Virus record (IMG/VR): IMGVR_UViG_3300037518_000174
Location: 1-53,431 of that record
DNA from: a virus
Lineage: Duplodnaviria > Caudoviricetes
DNA length: 53,431 nt
Reading direction: 5' to 3' (one strand)
The notes under the pieces were generated by a model. It was given only the letters and a program-made list of their open reading frames with translations. It made no database searches and was not told the origin of the DNA. A program made the translations under genes and the position numbers. Positions 25,182 through 33,939 of the stretch are shown here, piece by piece. The first letter of the stretch is position 1; every line of letters begins with the position of its first letter.

Positions 25182-25516
25182 ACGAGCCGATAGCCAGTCT
25201 TCTTGGATTTGTCCTCGATCCTCGACTGCGAGCGAATAGACAAATCACGGTGCTGTTCGAGCCTTTGACAGAGAACGAGATAGTCTTCGGCAAATGTCGG
25301 TGCGTCGTACTTCTCGCTGAGCTGTACAACACGGGTGCTAGCCATCGTTTTCTCGGTCTCGACATTAACGTCGGCAAGCCATTCGTCCTGGCTGAGACGC
25401 CTTGTTTCCCCGTCGATCTTCCGAACCGTCTTGACTCGCTTCTTGGCGTCAGCAAATGCCTTGGTGCGCGTCATCCCAAATACTGCGTAGGTGCTCACTC
25501 CATTTCCTCCAGACAA
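25166..25516 (-). CDS. hypothetical protein (start may be the GTG of VSTYAVF)
   Basis: GGAGGAAATGGA RBS precedes the internal GTG. Confidence 0.55.
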   Translation of the reverse strand: MSGGNGVSTYAVFGMTRTKAFADAKKRVKTVRKIDGETRRLSQDEWLADVNVETEKTMASTRVVQLSEKYDAPTFAEDYLVLCQRLEQHRDLSIRSQSRIEDKSKKTGYRLVWDAV

Positions 25517-26041
25517 ACTCTGCTCAAAGAGGGGGCGTATACGATCTCCCCCCGGCTGGTTCCTCCTCGCTCGAAAGCAAGGGCCTGGTACTCCTCTCTG
25601 GCAACGACTCTGCCCGTCCTCCCTTCAGGGTGTCGGTGGGCCATTCCGTTGGCGTTTAGCGAGATCGCGTGGAGTCTTCAGTCCCCCTCGTGACTGGCCA
25701 GAGTTGAGTGCAGGAAAATTGGCCCCAGCCCTTGCATACTGTCCGCCGTTGGTTTACCTTTATGCGCATATTCGGAACGCATTGAAGGCTCGCCTCGGTG
25801 GGCCTTTTCTTTGTCAGCTACTCGTGGATTACCCGCCACGGCTATGCACTACCTCCGGGTTGAGCGTCGCCAATTTGGCGACTTTCTGATCGTTCAGCCT
25901 TGCCCTTATCGGCATTCGGCAAATAAGGATTACTCGCCGCAGCTTTGAGCTGGGCGGATATGAGATCGGGGTCGGCCGGAAACTCGGCCTTTGTCGATAG
26001 TCGGGTTATGGACTCTCGGGGCCAGAGGAATGAGAGGCCGA

Positions 26042-26272
26042 TCATGCTGCGCTTCTCTTTTGCGGCTTCGGCTTGCCGCTTCGGCCTTTGCGAATGAACG
26101 AGTTCTTGACAGCCGCTCGCTCTGCTGCCCGATCCGGCTTTGCCATGCGAGAGGCATGGTCAGCCGCGCGAGCCTGTCGAAGTATTCCGGCGTAGCCTTG
26201 CAGCGCGTCCCAATCGGCCGGATACGAAAGTGGCTTGCGCGGCGTGTACTGGTTCTGAACTCTCTTAGCCAT
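26042..26272 (-). CDS. basic hypothetical protein downstream of cro
   Basis: Occupies the cII position; Arg/Lys-rich. Confidence 0.55.
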   Translation of the reverse strand: MAKRVQNQYTPRKPLSYPADWDALQGYAGILRQARAADHASRMAKPDRAAERAAVKNSFIRKGRSGKPKPQKRSAA

Positions 26273-26361
26273 TGCAAAGCCTTATGTTCAGCGGCATCGT
26301 CTTATGCAAAATCTCCCCCAAAAACTCGGCCCGGCGCTGTAGGCTCGGGCGCAAATAAAAG

Positions 26362-26571
26362 CTAACTAGCGATTGGTTGAGAGGCTTTATTCCAGCTCTC
26401 GTAGAAATCTGAATCGAATTTGAGCTTGCCTTTCGAGTGCTTGGCGAGCCGCATCGCGCTCAGAGGCGGGACGTATTCTTCCCACTGACATACGGCGGAT
26501 AGCGAGATGTCCAAAACTTCGGCAATGGCCGTCTTCGTTTTGTAGACCCGCACAGCTTCGGAGGTAAGCAT
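26362..26571 (-). CDS. cro: Cro-like repressor (DicC/P22-Cro type)
   Basis: KTAIAEVLDISLSAVCQWEEYVP..SAMRL....GKLK; divergent from an XRE repressor. Confidence 0.85.
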   Translation of the reverse strand: MLTSEAVRVYKTKTAIAEVLDISLSAVCQWEEYVPPLSAMRLAKHSKGKLKFDSDFYESWNKASQPIAS

Positions 26572-26581
26572 AGTGAGGCCA

Positions 26582-26618
26582 AATATAAGCTTGCTTCAGT
26601 CGAAGGTCAAGCTTGCTT
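26582..26618 (-). promoter_or_regulatory. pR-like promoter with two operators
   Basis: Minus strand TTGACC (26610-26605), 17 bp, TATATT (26587-26582); AAGCTTGCTT at 26587-26596 and 26609-26618. Confidence 0.8.
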
Positions 26619-26647
26619 CATGGCGTCTTGATTTACGCTATTCGCCT

Positions 26648-26926
26648 ATGGAAACCCCAGGCGACAGAATCAAGATGTTGCGGCAGGCTCGTGGGCTGAC
26701 ACAGGAACAGTTGGCGCAGCGAATGTCCGATCTAGGCGCCGATATAACCGCTGAAGCTCTTTCGCAATGGGAAAGGGGCGAAACGAAAAATTACCGGCCA
26801 GCGAACCTGATCGCCGCTTGCGAAATTCTCGAGACAACCCCAAACTACGTCTGGTATGGGCCGTCAAACGAGTCCGGCAGGAGCAAGGGGCGCGTTCAGC
26901 GCGCGGACAAAGCTCGACAAAAATAA
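26648..26926 (+). CDS. cI: CI-like XRE-family repressor, HTH only (probable start ATG 26648)
   Basis: GDRIKMLRQARGLTQEQLA...ALSQWERG...LIAACEILETTPNYV.YG; no S24 peptidase domain. Confidence 0.85.
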   Translation: METPGDRIKMLRQARGLTQEQLAQRMSDLGADITAEALSQWERGETKNYRPANLIAACEILETTPNYVWYGPSNESGRSKGRVQRADKARQK

Positions 26927-27067
26927 CGTTCTCCAAAACGAAATGGCGCACCGTTTTCGCTGAAGCCACGATCTCCCCCTTCTGATTCTTAGTTAGGCTA
27001 ACGACCCGCCAGCCAGAATGCCACGATCCGGCATCCCGGCGAAAGCCCTAGTTTTGCGGCCAAACTG

Positions 27068-27104
27068 AAGCTTGCTTGACACCGACTTAAGCAAGCTTCA
27101 TAAT
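27068..27104 (+). promoter_or_regulatory. pL-like promoter with two operators
   Basis: TTGACA (27076-27081), 17 bp, CATAAT (27099-27104); AAGCTTGCTT at 27068-27077 and its reverse complement AAGCAAGCTT at 27089-27098. Confidence 0.85.
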
Positions 27105-27164
27105 CCTCCCCACGCTATCAGAAACACCGCCCACGGGCACTGACTGAGTAGAGCAGGAGCAACG

Positions 27165-27485
27165 ATGACATTCACGAGAATCAAGCCTTACGGTGATGAC
27201 GCCTACACCTACTGGATCAGCGGCATCTACAAGATCGTGTCGTATCGGGCTGGTGAGTTCCTTGCTTTCTACATTCGCGACGACCACCAGAACTGGGGCG
27301 ATTACGTATCACCTCCACCGGACAACGGCAAGCACGGTAAGTGCTGGTCAACTCTCAAGGCTGCTAAATCCGCCTGCGCTGAACACGCCAAGACTCATAG
27401 CGCCACGGCCAAAACTGTGAAACGAGCGGCCGAGATTAAGGCGGCGTTGATTGAGCAGGCTGCGCAGTACGCAGAAGCGGCCTGA
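27165..27485 (+). CDS. hypothetical protein, first gene of the pL operon
   Basis: AGGAG RBS; W.TLKAAK.AC..H motif. Confidence 0.7.
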   Translation: MTFTRIKPYGDDAYTYWISGIYKIVSYRAGEFLAFYIRDDHQNWGDYVSPPPDNGKHGKCWSTLKAAKSACAEHAKTHSATAKTVKRAAEIKAALIEQAAQYAEAA

Positions 27486-27511
27486 GTCCACCCAAAGAAC
27501 GGGCGAATGAC

Positions 27512-27715
27512 ATGAACCCCTCAGAAGCCTGGACCCTGAATACCGAAAGGGCCGAGCTAATCAAGCGCGTGACCTACGAGCCGACCTATGGCCCGGCAAG
27601 CGAGCGATGGTCAGCTATCGACCCTTCGATGTACACGGGTCCGACTGATCCTGTCGGGACCGGAAAAACGAAAGAGGACGCTCTGGCGGATCTGCTAGAG
27701 CAGTTGGATTGGTGA
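27512..27715 (+). CDS. hypothetical protein
   Basis: G.GKTKEDALADL motif common in small phage proteins. Confidence 0.6.
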   Translation: MNPSEAWTLNTERAELIKRVTYEPTYGPASERWSAIDPSMYTGPTDPVGTGKTKEDALADLLEQLDW

Positions 27716-27991
27716 TTGGGCGATGAACTGGAAAGACTTGGCAGGCCATGCCTGTATGGACGAGAGAGCGACCGTAGTCAATGGCCGGTGGATCTGTAAT
27801 TGCTCGTGGCAAGCGCCACGACAGGAGAGTCGAAATGTGGCCGAAGAACGAGTACGTGCCGGAAACGCCGGGACAGTACCTGGAGCGAAGGAAGCGCGAG
27901 CTTCGACGGGAAATGGCGCGTAGACGCGCACAGTTCAGAGCGGCGGCGCAACAGTATCGGAAGTTGGCCGCTGCCTAGGCAGTAAACGGGC

Positions 27992-28168
27992 ATGAGCATC
28001 TACACAGACAACGGCTACAAGGATCGGGAAGATTATCTCATCTGCATCGCCTACGACTACGGGATTGAACATTCCGTTGTCGACCAACTTGCCGCCATGC
28101 TCGGCCCTTCCGAGGACTTCGATGGGCTGGTTATCGCGTTGCAAGATGCGGAAGCCGACCGGGTTTAA
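27992..28168 (+). CDS. 58-aa conserved acidic phage protein (below the ORF-track cutoff)
   Basis: Manual translation: MSIYTDNGYKDREDYLICIAYDYGIEHSVVDQLAAMLGPSEDFDGLVIALQDAEADRV*. Confidence 0.7.
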   Translation: MSIYTDNGYKDREDYLICIAYDYGIEHSVVDQLAAMLGPSEDFDGLVIALQDAEADRV

Positions 28169-28173
28169 GCACC

Positions 28174-28407
28174 ATGAACTCTTGCCTCAACTGCAAACAC
28201 GCTAAATGGGCTCGTACCAAGAACGGGCGAATCAATCCGCACCAGCACGGCAACTGTACGTGGTCGAAATCGCTTCAGGTTCCGATGTCATACAACAGTT
28301 TCGCGGCTCAGCGCAAAGACGGTGAGCCACTAGTGTTCAAGGGCGGCGCTATTTGGCGCAAGGGGCCATACGAGAAGTGCCCGACGTTTCAACCGGAAAG
28401 TTCCTAA
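28174..28407 (+). CDS. Cys-rich hypothetical protein
   Basis: CLNCKH...GNC.W...CP.F. Confidence 0.6.
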   Translation: MNSCLNCKHAKWARTKNGRINPHQHGNCTWSKSLQVPMSYNSFAAQRKDGEPLVFKGGAIWRKGPYEKCPTFQPESS

Positions 28408-28570
28408 TCAACACACAGGCCATGAACGCAAAGCTCCGTAAGACCGCAAAGACCTACTGGCGCATCGTCCGGTCAAAGGACTTCGACTTTCGCAAGGCAT
28501 CGAAGTGGCTGCACGAAGCAATACATGAGTTCGGGTATCCGGCTTTGCGGAAAGAGATTCAGAGGCAGAA

Positions 28571-28765
28571 ATGAAAGACGATCTGACAGTCAAACCGATT
28601 CGATCCACGGTGAACTTGGAAGCCGCTCAAAGAATGTCGGCTCAGTATCACCGGGAAAAGAGTCACGAGCTTGAGCTGAAAAATCTCCTGGCCGACAAGA
28701 ACGAAATCTACCGCGAGATTTTCATGCGCGGCTACACGATCGGATTCAGTCATGGGCTTGAATGA
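28571..28765 (+). CDS. hypothetical protein
   Basis: ATGA overlap and GAGG RBS. Confidence 0.5.
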   Translation: MKDDLTVKPIRSTVNLEAAQRMSAQYHREKSHELELKNLLADKNEIYREIFMRGYTIGFSHGLE

Positions 28766-28862
28766 GGTTCAAGACTACGACCACGGCACTTGGCATCAAT
28801 CAGAAGTCGAGCGACGTGAACATGAAGAATGGATTAATGGTTACGACAAGGGAGAAAAGAAG

Positions 28863-29225
28863 GTGGTAGACGCAACCCGTTTCGCTTCGAGCGAATCCAA
28901 AGATCTGAAAGCCAAGGACTTCATCGGTAAGAATCTGAGAGTCTGCATCGAAAGCGTGTCAGAGATTCATTTCGACGCCAGCGAAGGCCAGCCAGTTCAA
29001 GATCGTTTACGCCTGAGCTTCAAGGGCAAGGAAAAGGGCCTCGTCCTGAATCCGAGCAACACGCAAAAGCTGATCGGCGCTTACGGTCCAGATACCGATA
29101 AGTGGGTCGGTCACGATATCGGTTTGGCCACGGCCGACTATACCAGCAAGGGCTTTGGTCATGGCTGGGTCGTTACGCCGCTGGATGTTGATCCGCCAGA
29201 GTTCGACGACGAGATAACTTTCTGA
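28863..29225 (+). CDS. putative ssDNA-binding/recombination accessory protein (probable GTG start 28863)
   Basis: SKDLKAKDF...L.F.GKEKGLVLN.SN...L...YG.DT..W.G family pattern; acidic SSB-like tail EFDDEITF. Confidence 0.65.
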   Translation: MVDATRFASSESKDLKAKDFIGKNLRVCIESVSEIHFDASEGQPVQDRLRLSFKGKEKGLVLNPSNTQKLIGAYGPDTDKWVGHDIGLATADYTSKGFGHGWVVTPLDVDPPEFDDEITF

Positions 29226-29226
29226 A

Positions 29227-30051
29227 ATGGACGCTACGCGCTTCACATTGCCGCAGGTACGTACCGGGGCCGGATCGGAGGGGGGGCATTGGTATATCCC
29301 TTCCGATCCGCCTCAGTGCGCCTACGAGATCTTGGGGGCTAATGGAAAATGGCGCTCTGCCAATATGCGTGACGCTCGGAAGCATGGATGGTTTCCGGGC
29401 GTCACCACGATTACCCGACTGGAAGCCTCACCGGGGCTCGAACGCTGGAAGGTCCGGCAGGGAATCATGGCGGCGCTCACCCATCCGAAAGCTCACGAGA
29501 TAGCCGACATCAACGAGCTGATGCGGGTACTTGAGGAAGACTCCAAAGCAGAAGCTCGACAAGCCGCAGAACGTGGCACCGCGATACACAAGGCTATCGA
29601 AGACTACTACGCCACCGGACGAGTCGATAACGATTACGAGCCCTACATCACCGGAGTCCGCAAGCAAATCGAAATCCTTGTCGGCACGGATAAACGCGAA
29701 GCCTGGAGAACCGAAGAAACTCGCGTACACACTTTAGGCTTCGGGACTCGTGTCGATCTCTACAGCCAGGAATTCGATTGCGTCATCGATTTCAAAGGCA
29801 AGGAATTCAACGCTGACGACAAAATCACCGCATACCCGGAACAGTGTCGTCAGTTAGCCGCGTGTCGAGCAATGGTTTCCCCATCTGCCCGGTGCGTGAA
29901 TCTGTTTGTTTCTCGGAACAATCCCGGTCTTGCCAAAGCTTTTGAGTGGACGAACGACGATCTCCAAAAGGGCTGGCAAGAGTTCATTACCTTGCTGGCC
30001 TTCTGGCAAGTGAAGAATGGATTTCCGATCAAATGCACGGTGGCAGCATGA
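29227..30051 (+). CDS. PD-(D/E)XK exonuclease (RecB/Cas4-like phage exonuclease)
   Basis: PGVTTI, AAERGTAIHKAIE, GTRVDL, VIDFK, QLAA. Confidence 0.85.
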   Translation: MDATRFTLPQVRTGAGSEGGHWYIPSDPPQCAYEILGANGKWRSANMRDARKHGWFPGVTTITRLEASPGLERWKVRQGIMAALTHPKAHEIADINELMRVLEEDSKAEARQAAERGTAIHKAIEDYYATGRVDNDYEPYITGVRKQIEILVGTDKREAWRTEETRVHTLGFGTRVDLYSQEFDCVIDFKGKEFNADDKITAYPEQCRQLAACRAMVSPSARCVNLFVSRNNPGLAKAFEWTNDDLQKGWQEFITLLAFWQVKNGFPIKCTVAA

Positions 30052-30246
30052 TCCATAACAAGCGACAGGATCGAGTGAAGTCCCGGCTCTGGCTCATCGT
30101 CTGGATCGTGATTTGCTTCGCCTGCTTCTACGTGGCGACGGATCAGCTATGAAACCAAGGCCTATCTGGTTCGATCTTTTCCTTTTGGGAGCCGGCTGCG
30201 CGATGTTGGGTATCACCGTGTTTCTGACAGTTGTGGAGGTTTTGAT

Positions 30247-30471
30247 GTGAGCGCGCCCGGTAACTCGACAGGCAATGGATTGGACACCTACGCCAGGCAG
30301 GCATTCGGAAATGCGAGCGCAGAGCTGGCGATGGCGCTTGACGAGTGGAAGAACGCGGGAGCTGATGCGCTGACCGTGGTTGAAGCTCTGTTGCGGTTCA
30401 TACAGGCATCCGACGTTATCAACTACAACGATGTCGAATACGCGGAGTACATCGAGGGGATGCGCCAGTGA
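30247..30471 (+). CDS. hypothetical protein
   Basis: GGAGG RBS before GTG. Confidence 0.55.
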   Translation: MSAPGNSTGNGLDTYARQAFGNASAELAMALDEWKNAGADALTVVEALLRFIQASDVINYNDVEYAEYIEGMRQ

Positions 30472-30792
30472 CGAAGCACGGCAGTGGATTTGAGGAATGG
30501 CTTGGAGGCGAAGCGGTAGCAAACAAGATGCGAGGGAAACAAAGGGAGTCGCGATTATCCCTGATCGCCACCTCGATAGTCCAAGTCATTCACTCAAGTC
30601 CATTTCCGGCACTAGTCAAATGACCACTGACGAAGCAATCAAGCAGGCCCAATCCGAGCTTAGTTCGGTACGGGAGATGCAGGCCGAAAATATCGCATGG
30701 TGCCTCGTGCAACAGCTCCGACCGGAGATGACACGAGACGAAATCCAACGGATGGTCGAACCTCTGATGCTGGAAATTGAGAGAGTTCTTAG

Positions 30793-31005
30793 ATGACGAA
30801 AGACAATGGCTGGCAACCAATCGCAACCGCACCACGCGACGGAACGCCGGTCGATCTTCTGCACAAGTGCGGAGAACGCTTCACGGACGAATGGTGGGTC
30901 GAGGATGACGGGGACGCATTCTGGTGCGGGTCACTACTGCCTGACTCCGAGTTCACTCATTGGATGCCGATCCCGCCGCCGCCTGGAATGGAGCAAGTGA
31001 AGTGA
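30793..31005 (+). CDS. DUF551-family protein
   Basis: WQPIATAPRDGT.VDL...THWMPIPPPP. Confidence 0.85.
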   Translation: MTKDNGWQPIATAPRDGTPVDLLHKCGERFTDEWWVEDDGDAFWCGSLLPDSEFTHWMPIPPPPGMEQVK

Positions 31006-31023
31006 CCGGATATACACCACACC

Positions 31024-31152
31024 CTTTCCGAACGGGCTGCTATAAAAATGCCGATGGTGTGCGCACACCGGAAGCAGCGCAGAGGGCGCCCGTGGTTAGC
31101 GCGCTAAGGCTGCGGGAACAGGCTGGAGTTGCGACCAGCCCCGTTCGGAAAG
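31024..31152 (+). ncRNA. candidate cloverleaf-structured ncRNA
   Basis: 12-bp perfect closing stem CTTTCCGAACGG/CCGTTCGGAAAG enclosing three arms; intergenic. Confidence 0.6.
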
Positions 31153-31363
31153 AGTAGGGGTAGGAAACGGGCAGTGATTACACGAATTGACGCTCATGGA
31201 AGGTCCGCTCACCAAACCCTGATGGATGCTGTCAATGACAACCCGGATCAGGCAATGGTCTTATGGGTAAAGGATGGGGTCGTCAAAGTGAGTGCAGGCG
31301 GAAACGACGACAGATTGTGGCGAATGGGGGCGTTGTCAGCGGCTCTGATCGAGGAATGGACAC

Positions 31364-31621
31364 ATGACTCATAGATTCCGCAAGAAGCCGGTTGTGATCG
31401 ACGCCCACCAATGGGATGGAGATCGAAATGCCTTGTGGCGATTCATTGGACACACGCCAGAGCGACCCATGATGGTCAACGGCGATTACGTTGCGATCGA
31501 CACGCTGGAGGGAACCATGAGAGCCAATCTCGGTGACTGGATCATCAAAGGCGTGAAGGGCGAATTCTACCCATGCAAGCCCGACATCTTCGAGCAAACC
31601 TACGAGCCCGTGTTGGATTGA
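31364..31621 (+). CDS. conserved phage protein (PGDYG-like family)
   Basis: FRKKPVVIDA.QW.G...TLEG.M.A..GDWIIKGVKGEFYPCKPDIF..TYE. Confidence 0.85.
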   Translation: MTHRFRKKPVVIDAHQWDGDRNALWRFIGHTPERPMMVNGDYVAIDTLEGTMRANLGDWIIKGVKGEFYPCKPDIFEQTYEPVLD

Positions 31622-31887
31622 AGCAATGGACTCCGAACTTTTTTGCATCTCTAACCCACTGAAGGAAAAGGGTAGAGCATTGCCTAAACTGGACAGTGCT
31701 GTAGATTTCGGCGCGGATATGCGTAAATTGAAGTGCTCCTATTCAACGGAGCATTCCCATGAAAATCGTATTCGTTCGCAAGCAGCCGGACAACGACCTC
31801 TATTGCGTTCACTGCATGGAGAGAGCCAAACGCGACGACAAGGGCCGACTGATACCGTGCAATCACGGCAAGTCGGAGAAGAAGTAG

Positions 31888-32184
31888 ATGACACCGGCCG
31901 AGGAAAGATTCGTCCAATGGGCGAAGCGCAAGGGCTGGTACGTGATGAAGCCGGGCTGGCCGGACTTTCTGTGTCTCGACCGCAAAGACAATCTGTTCTC
32001 GGTCGAAGTCAAGATGAATTACAAGCCGCCATCGCAACGACAAGCCAGGTGCTTCGACTGGCTCGAACGATTCTCCACACTTCCAATCCACGTATGGGAT
32101 CGGGAATCGCCAAACCATATGTGGAAGTGGTATCTCGCGAGGGCTATCTATGAGAAACGCGGGATCGACTTCGACAGCGGGTAG
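31888..32184 (+). CDS. VRR-NUC-like PD-(D/E)XK nuclease
   Basis: E..F...GW...GWPDFL...SVEVK...S.RQ. Confidence 0.7.
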   Translation: MTPAEERFVQWAKRKGWYVMKPGWPDFLCLDRKDNLFSVEVKMNYKPPSQRQARCFDWLERFSTLPIHVWDRESPNHMWKWYLARAIYEKRGIDFDSG

Positions 32185-33259
32185 CCCGTATCTGACAGTC
32201 GCGCAAGCCCGCGCTGAGCTTGGCGTCTCGGCCTATATCTTCAAGGAGAACTTCCGCCCGCAACTGACGGAATTTCCTAGGGGCAAACGCACCGTCCTGT
32301 TCGACCGTCTTGAGGTCGAAAGGCTCAAGGGCGAATCTGACCCCATGTGGAATAAGAAAAAGGTCAGTGACGCCTTAGATCACGCATGGCGGGCAAAATG
32401 GTCTCAAGCCAAGGGCGCTCGAAAGAAAGGCCAGCTTAAGAACATTGTTGAGCGCGAGATAGGAGGCATCAGTCTCCCAATGTCATACGAGCAAGTCGAG
32501 CAGTGGGTTTTCGAGCTGCAAGATAAGGATCTCGCTGCTGCCACGATCAAAAGCCGCCTCTCGATGTTGCGATTCGCCCTTGACCTATCCTGCAAGCGCG
32601 GCTGGATCAAGTCGGTTCCGCCGATGCCTACCATTGAGCCTTCTCATCGGAAGCTGCGGTGGATGAAAGATTCCGAAGTGAAGCGACTCCTAATTGCTTG
32701 CGATAATCAACGCTACCAAGTAGCGGACATCATGCGGGATGTCATTACCTTTTTCCTCGACACCGGAGCGCGAGTCAGCGAGCTATTGAAGGTCCGTGAA
32801 GACTCTCTCACAGTGCGAGGACGGAAAACGTATGTCGAGTTTCTAGACCGAAAGGCTGGAGACAACCTAAAGATTCCATTAACGAACGCGGCCGAGGAAG
32901 CGATATACCGGCTCATTGCGAGCGAATACTGGAAGTCCAGAATTCGCGGTACGCGTGAAAGTGCTAAGCGTCTCGAGAGTGCTCAGAATTGGGTCACGCA
33001 TCGATTCACAGAGATTCGCAACGACGCCAAGTTGCCGGATGTCACAGCCCATACGCTTAGACACACCTTCGCTTCAAGGCTTGTTCAACGAGGCGTCAGC
33101 ATCTACAAAGTGGGTAAACTGCTAGGGCACTCAGACATTCGTATGACGGAGCGCTATAGCCACCTTGCGCCATCATCGCTCGATGACGCGATCCAGGTTC
33201 TTGAGCCGACTCCGCCAGATCAGGTTGCCAATATGGACGATTACAGGACGAAGGAATGA
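32150..33259 (+). CDS. int: tyrosine integrase with N-terminal excisionase-like segment
   Basis: Catalytic R (DTGARVSEL), K (DRKAG), HxxR (HTLRHTFAS), H (LLGHS) and Y (TERYSH); AAATI core-binding motif; close to a tRNA-derived attP. Confidence 0.95.
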   Translation: MRNAGSTSTAGSPYLTVAQARAELGVSAYIFKENFRPQLTEFPRGKRTVLFDRLEVERLKGESDPMWNKKKVSDALDHAWRAKWSQAKGARKKGQLKNIVEREIGGISLPMSYEQVEQWVFELQDKDLAAATIKSRLSMLRFALDLSCKRGWIKSVPPMPTIEPSHRKLRWMKDSEVKRLLIACDNQRYQVADIMRDVITFFLDTGARVSELLKVREDSLTVRGRKTYVEFLDRKAGDNLKIPLTNAAEEAIYRLIASEYWKSRIRGTRESAKRLESAQNWVTHRFTEIRNDAKLPDVTAHTLRHTFASRLVQRGVSIYKVGKLLGHSDIRMTERYSHLAPSSLDDAIQVLEPTPPDQVANMDDYRTKE

Positions 33260-33825
33260 AACTCTATTTCGCCGGAAGCACTCTCGGTGGCGTGTTGAAA
33301 ATCGGGGTATCCAAAGATCCAGAGAGGCGCATTGACGCACTGACCCAAGGATGTCCGTTCGACATCTCCTTGTTCGCAATTCTGAGCCCCGTGAACGCGG
33401 CTAGGACCGAAAACCATCTGCATGTCCTATTGGCAGATCATCGCGCTCGCGGGGAGTGGTTCTATCTGTCCCGGCCGACAGCAGCAGTGGTAAGGGTCGC
33501 CCAAGCCTCCGGTTCCGTTGAGGCGGTCATCGAAGAAGCCGAGAAGCAATCGCGCAGCCAGTATTCAGCCAAGTACGAACTTGGCCGGCTTGATATTGGC
33601 ACGGTTCAGCTTTGCTCCTTTTGCGGGAAGGGACTGATTCTGGTTCCATCGATGGTTATTGGGGAGTTCGCCAAAATCTGCTCGGAATGCGTTGATCGCT
33701 GCTGCCGGATGCTTGCGAACCGCGACGCTGACAAGCCGGCATATTTCGCCGAACACCTGAGCGATTCTCGTCAGGATGACGCCATTAGCGTATTGGAAGC
33801 CCGCAATGGCAGTCGCGATTTCTGA
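33256..33825 (+). CDS. GIY-YIG (T5orf172/MUG113-like) domain fused to a ClpX-type C4 zinc finger
   Basis: LYF...LKIGVSKDPERRI..L..G.P...E..LH......RGEWF, then CSFCGK...ICSECV..C. Confidence 0.8.
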   Translation: MKLYFAGSTLGGVLKIGVSKDPERRIDALTQGCPFDISLFAILSPVNAARTENHLHVLLADHRARGEWFYLSRPTAAVVRVAQASGSVEAVIEEAEKQSRSQYSAKYELGRLDIGTVQLCSFCGKGLILVPSMVIGEFAKICSECVDRCCRMLANRDADKPAYFAEHLSDSRQDDAISVLEARNGSRDF

Positions 33826-33874
33826 ATCGCATTGCATGCGGCAGGAAAAAATGAACGCTGAAAGCATTGAAAAT

Positions 33875-33920
33875 TGGTGGAGCCGATGGGGATCGAACCC
33901 ACGACCTTCGCATTGCGAAT
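33875..33920 (-). other. attP: attP core: 3' half of tRNA-Ala(CGC) from the anticodon loop to CCA
   Basis: Reverse complement ATTCGCAATGCGAAGGTCGTGGGTTCGATCCCCATCGGCTCCACCA contains the anticodon loop TT-CGC-AA, T-arm GGTTCGA and Ala acceptor end CTCCACCA. The 5' half is absent. Confidence 0.9.
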
Positions 33921-33939
33921 CCGAAGCCGATTCTAGGCT

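Noticed and set aside
28863-29250. Adjacent genes both start with DATRF
   Set aside because: Only five residues with no further similarity; cannot be distinguished from chance.
29227-30051. Cas4 / CRISPR system
   Set aside because: The nuclease lacks the four-Cys Fe-S motif, and I saw no repeat-spacer array or other cas genes; it is an ordinary phage exonuclease.
33875-33920. Functional tRNA-Ala gene
   Set aside because: Only the anticodon loop to CCA is present; the D-arm and 5' acceptor strand are missing, as expected for attP.
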